Source: a virus
Lineage: Duplodnaviria; Heunggongvirae; Uroviricota; Caudoviricetes
Reading direction: 5' to 3' (one strand)
DNA length: 37,174 nt
IMG/VR virus record: IMGVR_UViG_2671181127_000013
Location: 1 to 37,174 of that record
Shown here: positions 1 to 8,558 of the stretch, piece after piece
Numbering within the stretch: the stretch's first letter is position 1
Layout of the letters: each line of letters begins with the position of its first letter
Made by a program: the position numbers and the translations under genes
Notes under the pieces: model-generated
What the model was told of the DNA's origin: nothing
Database searches by the model: none
Seen by the model: only the letters and a program-made list of their open reading frames with translations

Positions 1-141
1 TTACTGCTTACACTGTAAGAACGCCGCAAACTCCGCTCCCCAGATGTTCATCCGTATTTCACACAGCGAACCATGTAACATCCAGATGATGAGGATTGCC
101 GTCACGCAGAACGTGATGGCCATAAGCGATTTTTGCGACAT
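1..141 (-). CDS. Hok/Gef-family type I toxin, 46 aa (copy A)
   Basis: My translation of the reverse complement: MSQKSLMAITFCVTAILIIWMLHGSLCEIRMNIWGAEFAAFLQCKQ; N-terminal TM helix plus SLCEIR...AAF motif as in plasmid R1 Hok (KSLCEIR...EVAAF); AAGGAG SD upstream; below the 60-aa ORF-track cutoff. Confidence 0.6.
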   Translation of the reverse strand: MSQKSLMAITFCVTAILIIWMLHGSLCEIRMNIWGAEFAAFLQCKQ

Positions 142-294
142 AGCGCTTGCTCCTTTGTTGGAGAGGCGCTAACCTGTCACTTGCTAAGGTTAGATGGTTA
201 GGGCCTCGGGTTAACGTTTAAGTTGACTCGGGGCCTTTCCACATCCGGCCTTCAGGTAATCCTTCCAGCCGTCAGCCGAAAGGCACCCACGTGT

Positions 295-323
295 AATCTA
301 CTGATTTCCCTTTGTGCGCGCAA
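295..323 (-). promoter_or_regulatory. Putative sigma70 promoter of hok-like copy A (TTGCGC-17 bp-TAGATT on minus strand)
   Basis: -35/-10 hexamers with 17-bp spacer upstream of the conserved leader; the same architecture recurs upstream of copy B. Confidence 0.4.
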
Positions 324-358
324 TGCTCAGTGTTGAAACTGTTTAGGGGGAGGGCGGC

Positions 359-381
359 AAAAAAGCCCGCATATTGCGGGC
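359..381 (-). terminator. Rho-independent terminator downstream of hok-like copy B
   Basis: Minus-strand hairpin GCCCGC-AATAT-GCGGGC followed by TTTTTT. Confidence 0.5.
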
Positions 382-472
382 AAATACGTCTGTAATCCAA
401 TGGAGAAAGGGGTGCCATATCGACTGAACCCGACAACCGGATAGCGGGGGCTTTCACCCCCGCTGCGGTTTC

Positions 473-613
473 TTACTGTTTACACTGCAAGAACGCCGCA
501 AATTCTGACCACATGATGTTAAGTCTGAACTCACACGGCGAACGGTGTATCATCCAGATGGCCAACAACATGGTTAAGCATAAAATGCTCACGATGATCG
601 TTTTTTGCGGCAT
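473..613 (-). CDS. Hok/Gef-family type I toxin, 46 aa (copy B)
   Basis: My translation: MPQKTIIVSILCLTMLLAIWMIHRSPCEFRLNIMWSEFAAFLQCKQ; about 60 percent identical to copy A, same C-terminal EFAAFLQCKQ. Confidence 0.55.
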   Translation of the reverse strand: MPQKTIIVSILCLTMLLAIWMIHRSPCEFRLNIMWSEFAAFLQCKQ

Positions 614-747
614 AGCGCTTGACTCCTTTTACAGGGAGGCGCTAACCTTCCACTTGTCTAGGGTAGGAATGGTTAGGGCCTCGGGTTAAACAATATGTTT
701 GACTCGGGGCCTTTCCACATCCGGCCTTCAGGTTTTCCTTCCAGCCG

Positions 748-1050
748 TCAGCCGAAAGGCACCCGCGCGTAATGTACTGGTTTTAAAGCCATACCGCAAT
801 CCTCCAGTTGTAGCGTTAACTGACTGCGTCCCTGATGGGATTTGCGCATTGTCTCCCGTGGAATATCTTTATCGTGGAAGATCAACTGAGGCTGGCCAAT
901 AATTCTGTGCACACTTTCCATTGTTGAAAATGTGGCGCTGCACTCAAGGTTATTGCACTGATAGTATTTGTAGCGGATGGTGCCGGTATCATTGGCGGCT
1001 TTACTGGTACGGATCCGGGCAGATGCGCCGCAGAATGGACAATGAAACAT
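748..1050 (-). CDS. ogr: Ogr/Delta-type zinc-finger late-gene transcriptional activator (100 aa)
   Basis: MFHCPFCGASARIRTSK...YYQCNNLECSATFSTMESV matches the P2 Ogr Cys4 zinc finger; start moved to the internal ATG at 1050 (upstream GGGGG SD); the ORF-track N-terminal extension was rejected. Confidence 0.85.
   Translation of the reverse strand: MFHCPFCGASARIRTSKAANDTGTIRYKYYQCNNLECSATFSTMESVHRIIGQPQLIFHDKDIPRETMRKSHQGRSQLTLQLEDCGMALKPVHYARVPFG
771..799 (-). promoter_or_regulatory. Putative sigma70 promoter of hok-like copy B (TTGCGG-17 bp-TACATT), lying inside the 3' end of the ogr ORF
   Basis: Same -35/-10 spacing as the copy A promoter; sits just upstream of the conserved ~160-bp leader. 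Confidence 0.4.
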
Positions 1051-1094
1051 TGATATACCCCCCTGGCTGAACTGGGGTTGAACTCGTCGCCATT

Positions 1095-2219
1095 CTAACC
1101 ATTGCTTTCCTTTTCGGCTATCCACTCGGGTATTCTTGCCTCCAGTTCAAGCCTTGTGGTGAAGCCGCTTCCGTCGATATTGTGTTCCACTTTTGCAATG
1201 AGCCAGTCCTGATTGTCTATCTCGGTTTTAAAGCCGGTTACCGTGCCATGCATTTCAGGGTAAAGCTCCGCTCTGCCCCGGGCCAGCGTGATGGAGAATT
1301 CAGCCGCACCGCGCTGTAATTGCTGCCACCTGGCGGCAGCTGCGCGCTGTGCAGCAATTTCGTTTGGGTAGGTTTTTCTCAGAACGAACACGTTACCTTC
1401 TGCCCCCTCCATGTAGCTGCCTTCCCGGCTGCTGCTCTTTTCAGCGTGAGTTTTTCGTTTTTTTATGTTGACGGCTTTCTTTTTGCCATGATTCAAATCC
1501 AGCCAGTACGCCTTCACCCCTGTGTATGCCTGGCGATCGGCTATTCTGAACTGGTGACTGTCTCCGTCACTGCGTGCCAGTGCAAATGAGGGGAGTGGGC
1601 GCCCGTCAGCTGTCACGCCGCCACCCGGCAGAATGAACAGCAGACAGCCATTTTTGACGGTAGTGATGGCTCCCAGCATATCAGCCATGCGGGTAAGGAA
1701 TGATATGTCGCTTTCTTCCGTCTGGTCGGCATGATCGATTTCAATATCCATAAGCATATCGCTTATCTGGGCTTTCAGTCCGTAACGGTGGGCAATAGCG
1801 GAAACCACGCGTTCAACAGTCACGTCGTGCCAGGATACTTCCCGTTTGACGTTAAATTCCTCCCTGAAGTCTGCGCTGTTTGCACTCAGTGTCAGCCGAT
1901 CCGGAGGTCCTTCATGAGCGACCTCATCAACAATGTAGGTGCCTTTATCAACCAGAGGCTCTCCCTTCCATCCCAGCATGACTCTGATGTGTGTTCCCCG
2001 CCCGGGGAGAGCCAGTTGCCCGTCGGCATCATCCAGCACAAGAGTGACCCTGTCTGCTTCAAACCCCCGGTTGTCTGTCATGGAAAGCGATATCACCCGG
2101 TTATTCAGTTCCTGAAGTGTGTTTTTATCCTGCTCCCTGTCCAGTGAAACGCTGAAATCAGGCATTTTCACCAGTTCTTTCAGGGGGGAATAAACCGTGT
2201 TACCGTTCAGCAATACCAT
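1095..2219 (-). CDS. D: Tail protein D (late control gene D family)
   Basis: LSMTDNRGFEADRVTLVLDDADG motif typical of Phage_GPD; start set at ATG 2219 with GGAGG SD; the longer ORF-track N-terminus overlaps FI and is not credible. Confidence 0.9.
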   Translation of the reverse strand: MVLLNGNTVYSPLKELVKMPDFSVSLDREQDKNTLQELNNRVISLSMTDNRGFEADRVTLVLDDADGQLALPGRGTHIRVMLGWKGEPLVDKGTYIVDEVAHEGPPDRLTLSANSADFREEFNVKREVSWHDVTVERVVSAIAHRYGLKAQISDMLMDIEIDHADQTEESDISFLTRMADMLGAITTVKNGCLLFILPGGGVTADGRPLPSFALARSDGDSHQFRIADRQAYTGVKAYWLDLNHGKKKAVNIKKRKTHAEKSSSREGSYMEGAEGNVFVLRKTYPNEIAAQRAAAARWQQLQRGAAEFSITLARGRAELYPEMHGTVTGFKTEIDNQDWLIAKVEHNIDGSGFTTRLELEARIPEWIAEKESNG

Positions 2220-2373
2220 AATTCCTCCGTTTTTCCCGCCACAGTTGCATACCAGAAACACCACCGGAATGAGTTTGGGTTGTATGTGTATTGCGAGAAA
2301 CCGCAGTTCGTGAAAAAGCTCCCCGTGTTCGTAAAGATCTCTGCTGAACTCACACGAATGCAGGGTGAATAAT

Positions 2374-3561
2374 ATGGCTGAAACCCGTTTCCATGGCGTG
2401 CGGGTCCGGGAGAATGCGGATCTGGTCACGGCCATTAATGATATTGACTCCAGTGTGATTGGTATCGTGGCTGTTGCTGATGATGCTGATGCAAAAACAT
2501 TTCCGCTGGATAAGCCGGTGCTCCTGACGCGCGTTATGGATGTGCTGGGTAAGGCCGGGAAAACCGGCACGCTGTACAAAAGTCTGAAAGCTATTGCCGA
2601 TCAGGTCAGCACCAGAGTTGTTGTGGTGCGGGTTGCTGCTGCGAAGGAGGGGGATGGTCAGCCGACACAAACGCAGCTTGTTATTGGTGAGGTCAAAAAT
2701 GACGGAACCTATACAGGCATGCAGGCGCTCCTGGTGGCTGAACAGAATGAGGCTGTTGGTGTTCGTCCCAGGATCCTGGCTGTGCCATCGCTTGACACCA
2801 AAGAGGTGGTGGCGGCACTGGTAACCGTCGCGAAAAAGCTGCGTGCCTTTGTGTATGCGGGCTGTCCCGGCTGTAATACCGTGCAGGAGGCTGTCACCTG
2901 GCGCGCCGATCTTGCTCACCGTGAAGTTATGCTGATCTGGCCTGATTTTATCGCGTACAACCCTAACAGTGGCCAGAATGAGGCTTTTCCTGCATCTGCG
3001 TATGCGTGCGGGTTGCGTGCGAAGATTGACCACGAGCAGGGCTGGCATAAATCCCTGTCCAATGTGGCAGTGAATAATGTCCTGGGTATTTCTGTGCCGG
3101 TGTTCTGGTCGCTCCAGGCAGAGGACAGTGACGCGGAAACCCTCAATGACAAGGAGATCACCACACTCATTAAACGTAACGGCTTCCGTTTCTGGGGTAA
3201 CCGGACTCTCGACACCACTACCTACACCTTTGAGACCTACACGCGTACGGCGCAGTCGCTGGCGGATACCATCGCCGAATCGCAGTTTGAAACCGTGGAC
3301 AAGCCGCTGACGCCGTCGAACGTGAAGGATGTGTTAAGCGATATCCGGGCAAAACTGAGTGCCCTTGTGACAGCGGGTAAACTTATCGGGGCAGAGTGCT
3401 GGTATGACGTGGTGGATAACGGCACAACGGATCTGCGTCAGGGGATTGTGCGGATCCGCTACAGATATACGCCGGTACCACCGCTTGAAGATCTGGAGCT
3501 TCACCAGACGTTTACTGATGAGTTCTTTGACGGTGCATTTGCATCACTGGGAGGTGAGTAA
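2374..3561 (+). CDS. FI: Tail sheath protein FI
   Basis: Close similarity along its length to P2 gpFI (FPLDKPVLLT, RPRILAVPSLDTKEV, MLIWPDF, GFRFWGNRT, YTRTAQ, PVPPLE). Confidence 0.9.
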   Translation: MAETRFHGVRVRENADLVTAINDIDSSVIGIVAVADDADAKTFPLDKPVLLTRVMDVLGKAGKTGTLYKSLKAIADQVSTRVVVVRVAAAKEGDGQPTQTQLVIGEVKNDGTYTGMQALLVAEQNEAVGVRPRILAVPSLDTKEVVAALVTVAKKLRAFVYAGCPGCNTVQEAVTWRADLAHREVMLIWPDFIAYNPNSGQNEAFPASAYACGLRAKIDHEQGWHKSLSNVAVNNVLGISVPVFWSLQAEDSDAETLNDKEITTLIKRNGFRFWGNRTLDTTTYTFETYTRTAQSLADTIAESQFETVDKPLTPSNVKDVLSDIRAKLSALVTAGKLIGAECWYDVVDNGTTDLRQGIVRIRYRYTPVPPLEDLELHQTFTDEFFDGAFASLGGE

Positions 3562-4070
3562 TGGCGGTACCAAACAAACTTCGCGTTTTCACGGTGTACA
3601 TCGATGGCGAAAACAAGCTGGGGCGGGTGACGTCCTTCACGCCGCCTAAACTGACCCGAAAAACGGAGTCCTTCCGTGGTGCCGGGATGCCCGGCAGTGT
3701 TTCCGTCGACTTTGGTCTTGATGATGGTGCACTGGATCTCTCTTTTGCGGTAGGCGGCGCAGATGCCCACCTTTTCTCCCGTTATGCCGGGTCACTTGAT
3801 GAAGTCCGTCTTCGCTTTTCCGGTGAGTACTATTCGGATGCGGATATCAGATATGTGGATATTGAGGTCCGCGGGCGCATCACTGAAATCGATATGGGGG
3901 AGGCGAAGCAGGGTGAAGACACTGAGCACAGTTATTCGATGAAAAACACCTGGTACAGACTGAGTGTGGACGATCGGGAAAAAATCGAATTTGATGTGCT
4001 GAATTTTATCTGGCGCATTGACGGTAAGGATGTGCTGCCGGATCGCACCCGCTCGATGCTGGGCTTCTGA
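3561..4070 (+). CDS. FII: Tail tube protein FII
   Basis: 169 aa directly after FI with ATG overlapping the FI stop and GGAGGTGA SD; position and size match P2 gpFII. Confidence 0.85.
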   Translation: MAVPNKLRVFTVYIDGENKLGRVTSFTPPKLTRKTESFRGAGMPGSVSVDFGLDDGALDLSFAVGGADAHLFSRYAGSLDEVRLRFSGEYYSDADIRYVDIEVRGRITEIDMGEAKQGEDTEHSYSMKNTWYRLSVDDREKIEFDVLNFIWRIDGKDVLPDRTRSMLGF

Positions 4071-4117
4071 TTATTGTTTAACAGAGAACGGCGGGGATCC
4101 CGCCGTGGAGACTGAAA

Positions 4118-4507
4118 ATGGATAAAGAAACGGAAATGGCCACTGACACTGCCGTCAGTAACGGGGAGGCTTCCGCGGTGGCAGTTGCCGCTACGGCTGC
4201 ACCTAAGAACGTGGTGAAGCTGACGGTGCCTGTTGTGCGCGGAGATGTGTCGTACAGTGAAATTAAAATCGGACCGCTGGCGAATCAGGCCGGATCGCTG
4301 CGTGGGCTGTCTTTGCTTGCGCTTTACAACATGAACTGTGATGCCATGGTCACCTGGCTTGCGCGTGTGACAGAGCCAAAACTTAAGGAGGCCGAAATGT
4401 ATGCCATGAATACGGCGGATTTTACGGCGCTGAGCTCGGCGGCGGTTAATTTTTTCGCACCCTCGGGGTCGAATGCACCGGCACCGGAGAACACGGCAGA
4501 GCCGTAA
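4118..4507 (+). CDS. E: Tail assembly chaperone E (E/E' frameshift pair)
   Basis: Position between FII and T; slippery TTTTTTC near its 3' end with an open -1 frame running to the T start. Confidence 0.7.
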   Translation: MDKETEMATDTAVSNGEASAVAVAATAAPKNVVKLTVPVVRGDVSYSEIKIGPLANQAGSLRGLSLLALYNMNCDAMVTWLARVTEPKLKEAEMYAMNTADFTALSSAAVNFFAPSGSNAPAPENTAEP

Positions 4508-4654
4508 CCTGTCTTTGCTTTGACTGCATTGAAGATCCCGTTGCGGATATTGCTGTTATTTTTAACTGGCCGCCCGCAGAGATATTTGCAATGACGCCTG
4601 CAGAGGTGGTCGCCTGGCGTGAGCGGGCGGCTGCCAGAAGCGGAAGTCACAATC

Positions 4655-7447
4655 ATGATGAATAATCTGCATATCAGGGTTGCTCTGGCGGCGGCAGACA
4701 CCCTGACACAACCTCTCAGGCGCGCCCGCGAAACCGTGGGCGCGCTTTCTGATTCCCTCCGTGAAACTCAGGACTCCATCCGCTCGCTTGAACGGCAGAG
4801 TGAAGCCTTTGCTGCGGCACAGACTAAATTTGACGAAGCCACCCGGAAAATTGCCGCTGTTCAGCAGCAACTGAACCGTCTGCAGCAGGCGGAGCGTGAG
4901 GGTACCGTGCTCAGTGAACGGCAGCGTGAAATGATGGCTTCGCTGACCACCCGGCTTGAACGTCTGAACCGGGTGAGGGATGTACATCAGCGACGCCTGG
5001 AGGATTCACGCCGGGAGCTGGAGAGACACGGTATTGCCGCAGAGGGCAGCAGTCAGACCATACAGGCAGCCATTCGCCGGACGGCAGAGTATAACGAAGA
5101 GCTGGCGCGACAGCGGCAGGCACTCGCACAGGTGACCCGTGCACAGCAACGCTATGAACAGGCGCAGGAGCGACTCGGGCGGATACGTAATGCCGGTGCG
5201 GCGGCACTGGCTGCCGGTGCAGCAGGACTTTACGCTGGCGGGCGTGCTGTTGCGCCGGTGATGGATCTCCAGCGTCATGGTGCCGTCATTGCGGCTCAGG
5301 CAGGAGAGGGCGCGTCAGATGCCGTGGGGTATACCGGGGTTATAAACCACATGGTTCATACCGGTATCACACCGGATGCACAACTGGCGGCTGAAGCTGT
5401 GGGTGCTGTCCGCTCCACTCTGGGTGGGCTGGGGGCGGTTAGTGAGAATGAACTGACCCGAATCACCCGAAAAATGCTGGATATGCAGGCCGTGATGGGG
5501 GGCGATATCCCGCAGCACATTCAGGCGGCTGCCATCATGATCAAAAACGGTCTTGCACGCAGCAGTGACGAGGCGGTTGATCTGATGGTGGCGGGCATGC
5601 AGCGCATGGGGCCGGTTATGCGCGATGAGCTGCCTGAGATCCTTCACGAGTATTCGACCCATTTTCGTAACATGGGGCTGACAGGGTCGGAAACCATGAC
5701 GCTCCTTGCGGATATGGCGCAGCAGGGGAAGTTTGCGCTGGATAAAACCGGCGATGCCATCAAGGAGTTCAGTATTCGCGGCTCCGATATGTCAAAGGCG
5801 AGTGCTGAAGCGTATGCGCTTATCGGGCTGGATGCAGCCAGGATGTCATCGGCTGTAGCCAGTGGTGGAACGGCTGCACGGGCTGCGCTGCAGAAAACAG
5901 CCTCGGGTCTGTTGCAGATCGTCGATCCGGCTGAGCGGGCCAATGCGGCCATCGCACTTTTTGGTACACCGGTTGAAGATCTGTCTGTCGATCAAATCCC
6001 TGCCTTTCTTGGCGCGCTGGCGCGGGTGTCTGACCGTATGGCTGACGTGTCTGGTGTGGCGGACCGGATGGGGCAAACCCTGCGTGACAATCTGAGTGGT
6101 GATGTGGCGCGGCTTACCGGGACGTTCAGCGCGCTGAGAAGTGGGATTATCGGGGAGATTACGGACGATCTGCGTGGGCTTGTCCGGATGGCCACAGCGT
6201 GGGGTGAGCGTCTGCAGGCGTGGGTGAATGCGCATCCGGAACTGGTGCGAATGATTGCGCTGACGACGGGAGCGGTGCTGGCGTTAACCACAGCGATGGG
6301 GGCGTTGTCCGTTGCGGCCTGGATGGTTGTCGCACCGTTACTGAAACTGCGTCTGGGGCTTGCCCTGCTTCGCGCGATCCCGGCCGGACTCTCTGTTGCC
6401 GGTACGCTGTTTGGCGGACTGACGGGTGTGATTTCAGCCGTGGGGGCTGCGCTGGGGGCGCTGACCTGGCCGGTTGTGGTGGCGGTGGGAGCCCTGGTCG
6501 GTGGTGCTCTGCTGATCTGGCGCTACTGGGATCGGGTCAGGGCGTTTGTGAGCGGATTTATTGAAGGGGTACAGTCAGCACTGGCGCCCTTCATGGCGAC
6601 AGCCTCCCGTTTTGCGCCGCTGCTGGATCTGGTTTCAGGGGCACTGTCCCGTATTCTGGGATGGTTTAAATCCCTGTTAACGCCGGTCTCCTCCACGCGT
6701 GATTTGCTTGAGCAGTGCACCTCTGCCGGGCAGACGTTCGGGAGCACTCTGGCCGGTGCGTTAGCCACGGTTTTTTCGCCCCTGAAAGCTCTGATTGACG
6801 GTCTGGCGTGGGTGCTGGAAAAACTCGGTGTTCTGCCCGGTGAAGCTGAGCGGGTTAAGCGAAAACTGGATGAGGCCCGTAAAACGCCGGTGGCATGGGA
6901 GTGGGATCCGGAACAGAAAAAAATGGTTCAGAAGGCGTGGCACTGGTCGCCTCCTGGTGGGGCCAGTGTGCCTTCCGGCGCCTCCGGTACACAGCCTCCG
7001 CCGGTGGCGCTCCCTGCGGGGATAGCGCCGGACGGTAACCGTAACGTTCTCCGTCACCTGAAAGGCATTGAGGGGAATACCGGTGGTCTGCTGGCTGAAA
7101 ACCGTAAACGTATCGGACCCGGAGATATTGTGTTTAAACATCTTCCACGGGCGCTGGCGGTCCGGGGGCAGTGGCATGAACCTGTCGTTGCGCCGTCTTC
7201 CGGCGGAATGCGCGCGCTGCCACAGGAGGAGATTCAGGTGCAGCAATGGCCGACGGCACGCCCGGCGCCACGAATGCACCAGCAGGAAACCTTCGCCAGC
7301 GCCTTTCAGGGGGAGATACATGTGCATCTTCACGGGGTGAGTTCGTATAATCCCCGGGAACTGGCGCGCATGGTTGGTGACGCTGTCAGGGCGGAAATGA
7401 ACAGAATGGCACGTGCCGGAACCGGCAGCTTCCGCGATCGCGACTGA
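4655..7447 (+). CDS. T: Tail tape measure protein T
   Basis: About 930 aa, coiled-coil N-terminal region, central Ala/Gly-rich hydrophobic segments; start chosen at ATGATG 4655 rather than the GTG at 4619. Confidence 0.85.
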   Translation: MMNNLHIRVALAAADTLTQPLRRARETVGALSDSLRETQDSIRSLERQSEAFAAAQTKFDEATRKIAAVQQQLNRLQQAEREGTVLSERQREMMASLTTRLERLNRVRDVHQRRLEDSRRELERHGIAAEGSSQTIQAAIRRTAEYNEELARQRQALAQVTRAQQRYEQAQERLGRIRNAGAAALAAGAAGLYAGGRAVAPVMDLQRHGAVIAAQAGEGASDAVGYTGVINHMVHTGITPDAQLAAEAVGAVRSTLGGLGAVSENELTRITRKMLDMQAVMGGDIPQHIQAAAIMIKNGLARSSDEAVDLMVAGMQRMGPVMRDELPEILHEYSTHFRNMGLTGSETMTLLADMAQQGKFALDKTGDAIKEFSIRGSDMSKASAEAYALIGLDAARMSSAVASGGTAARAALQKTASGLLQIVDPAERANAAIALFGTPVEDLSVDQIPAFLGALARVSDRMADVSGVADRMGQTLRDNLSGDVARLTGTFSALRSGIIGEITDDLRGLVRMATAWGERLQAWVNAHPELVRMIALTTGAVLALTTAMGALSVAAWMVVAPLLKLRLGLALLRAIPAGLSVAGTLFGGLTGVISAVGAALGALTWPVVVAVGALVGGALLIWRYWDRVRAFVSGFIEGVQSALAPFMATASRFAPLLDLVSGALSRILGWFKSLLTPVSSTRDLLEQCTSAGQTFGSTLAGALATVFSPLKALIDGLAWVLEKLGVLPGEAERVKRKLDEARKTPVAWEWDPEQKKMVQKAWHWSPPGGASVPSGASGTQPPPVALPAGIAPDGNRNVLRHLKGIEGNTGGLLAENRKRIGPGDIVFKHLPRALAVRGQWHEPVVAPSSGGMRALPQEEIQVQQWPTARPAPRMHQQETFASAFQGEIHVHLHGVSSYNPRELARMVGDAVRAEMNRMARAGTGSFRDRD

Positions 7448-7457
7448 GGTGAAAAAG

Positions 7458-7949
7458 ATGATGATGATTTATGGGATGTTTGTGTTTCAGTTAAGTACCC
7501 TGCCGCATCAGCAGGTGGAACAGAGTAAACGCTGGCGACACGTCAGTAATGAACGGGTTAACCGTTCATCCTCCTGGCAGTATATTGGCTCTGGTGAAGA
7601 TCACATCACGATGTCCGGTGTGCTCTGTCCGGAAATCACCGGCGGGGAGGTGTCACTGACTGCCCTGAACACCCTGGCCTACACAGGATTACCCTGGCCA
7701 CTGATTGATGGTGTCGGACAGATTTACGGGATGTATGTCATTACGGAAATCAGGACCACCCGTCAGGAGCTGGATCGCTATGGCATGGCCCGCAAAATTG
7801 AGTTCACTGTCAGCTTTCAGCGATGCAATGAAGATCTGCGTGAGCGTCTTCAGTCGGGCTCGGTGGGTGATCTGATGGCAGGATTAAAAAACAGCGCGTC
7901 GTCGGCCCTGTCGTCGGCGTCCTCTGCGCTGTCTGGTCTCATGTTGTGA
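7458..7949 (+). CDS. U: Tail protein U
   Basis: MMMIYGMFVFQLSTLPHQ...PLIDGVGQIYGMYVITEI...IEFTVSFQR resembles P2 gpU; start at 7458 with GAGGTG SD. Confidence 0.85.
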   Translation: MMMIYGMFVFQLSTLPHQQVEQSKRWRHVSNERVNRSSSWQYIGSGEDHITMSGVLCPEITGGEVSLTALNTLAYTGLPWPLIDGVGQIYGMYVITEIRTTRQELDRYGMARKIEFTVSFQRCNEDLRERLQSGSVGDLMAGLKNSASSALSSASSALSGLML

Positions 7950-7959
7950 AGGTCACTGT

Positions 7960-8547
7960 TCAGGCTTCGGCTTCTTTTCCCCAGCCAACCTTATAGTCCA
8001 GAATCGCCGCCGTATCGTTCAGGGCGGCGATCTCTTTTTTCATGTTACGCTGGCGAATGTGAATTTCCATCCCTTTGGCAAACAGGGCTTTTGCGGCTGC
8101 ATCGCTGAGGGCAATCAGCTCATCAGCAGAAACAGGAACATCGTTGTTCTGTGCATCAGTCCAGAAAAAATCCAGCGGCAGGATCCCCGCTTTTGCGGCA
8201 GCAACGGAAGGCTCAAGGCGGGCCTGCGTTGACTTCCCGTAGTCCCATTTCCTGCCGTTATGTTCAAAGGTGTAACTCGCCGCTTCCATCGCATTACGCC
8301 AGGCGTTGATTTCGTCGTTTTTCAGGCGTCTGGCGTTTTCCCTGTCAGTGTCGTTTTCCTGGTATTCAGATACAGAGCCGTGATTTCCTGCTTTCAGTTC
8401 GCCCCAGAGTTTTTTGCCGTGTGGCGAGTTGTCATATTCGGTTGCCGTATAGGGCAGCCAGCTCTCCTCCCCTTCAAACTGGATCTCACAGTCGATAGTG
8501 CCGTCACGGTTATAAGCGGCATTTCTTGCTGATTTGATTGTGTGCAT
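7960..8547 (-). CDS. G: Tail fiber assembly protein (gpG/Tfa-like)
   Basis: 195 aa immediately downstream of tail fiber gene H; GGAGAG SD. Confidence 0.75.
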   Translation of the reverse strand: MHTIKSARNAAYNRDGTIDCEIQFEGEESWLPYTATEYDNSPHGKKLWGELKAGNHGSVSEYQENDTDRENARRLKNDEINAWRNAMEAASYTFEHNGRKWDYGKSTQARLEPSVAAAKAGILPLDFFWTDAQNNDVPVSADELIALSDAAAKALFAKGMEIHIRQRNMKKEIAALNDTAAILDYKVGWGKEAEA

Positions 8548-8558
8548 GAGTCTCTCCG

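Noticed and set aside
272-457. 61-aa minus-strand ORF between the two hok copies
   Set aside because: Covers the hok-B 3' region (hairpins, terminator) and the hok-A promoter/leader; its C-terminus mirrors the ogr C-terminus only because both read through the repeated leader. A mok-like frame is possible but not supported.
699-902. 67-aa plus-strand ORF
   Set aside because: Antisense to the ogr 3' end and hok leader; no SD; likely spurious, though a Sok-like antisense RNA (non-coding) could be encoded here.
1095-2579. ORF-track version of gene D with a 120-codon N-terminal extension overlapping FI
   Set aside because: The extension is low-complexity, overlaps the FI start and the divergent promoter region, and there is an internal ATG with a GGAGG SD at 2219 where D-family similarity begins.
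2350-3048. 232-aa minus-strand ORF
   Set aside because: Lies entirely antisense within the well-supported tail sheath gene FI; composition looks like shadow-frame translation.
4324-7333. Multiple 60-190-aa ORFs on both strands inside the tape-measure gene T (e.g. 4562-4987, 5846-6291, 6761-7333)
   Set aside because: All are embedded in or antisense to the long GC-rich T gene; typical spurious ORFs.
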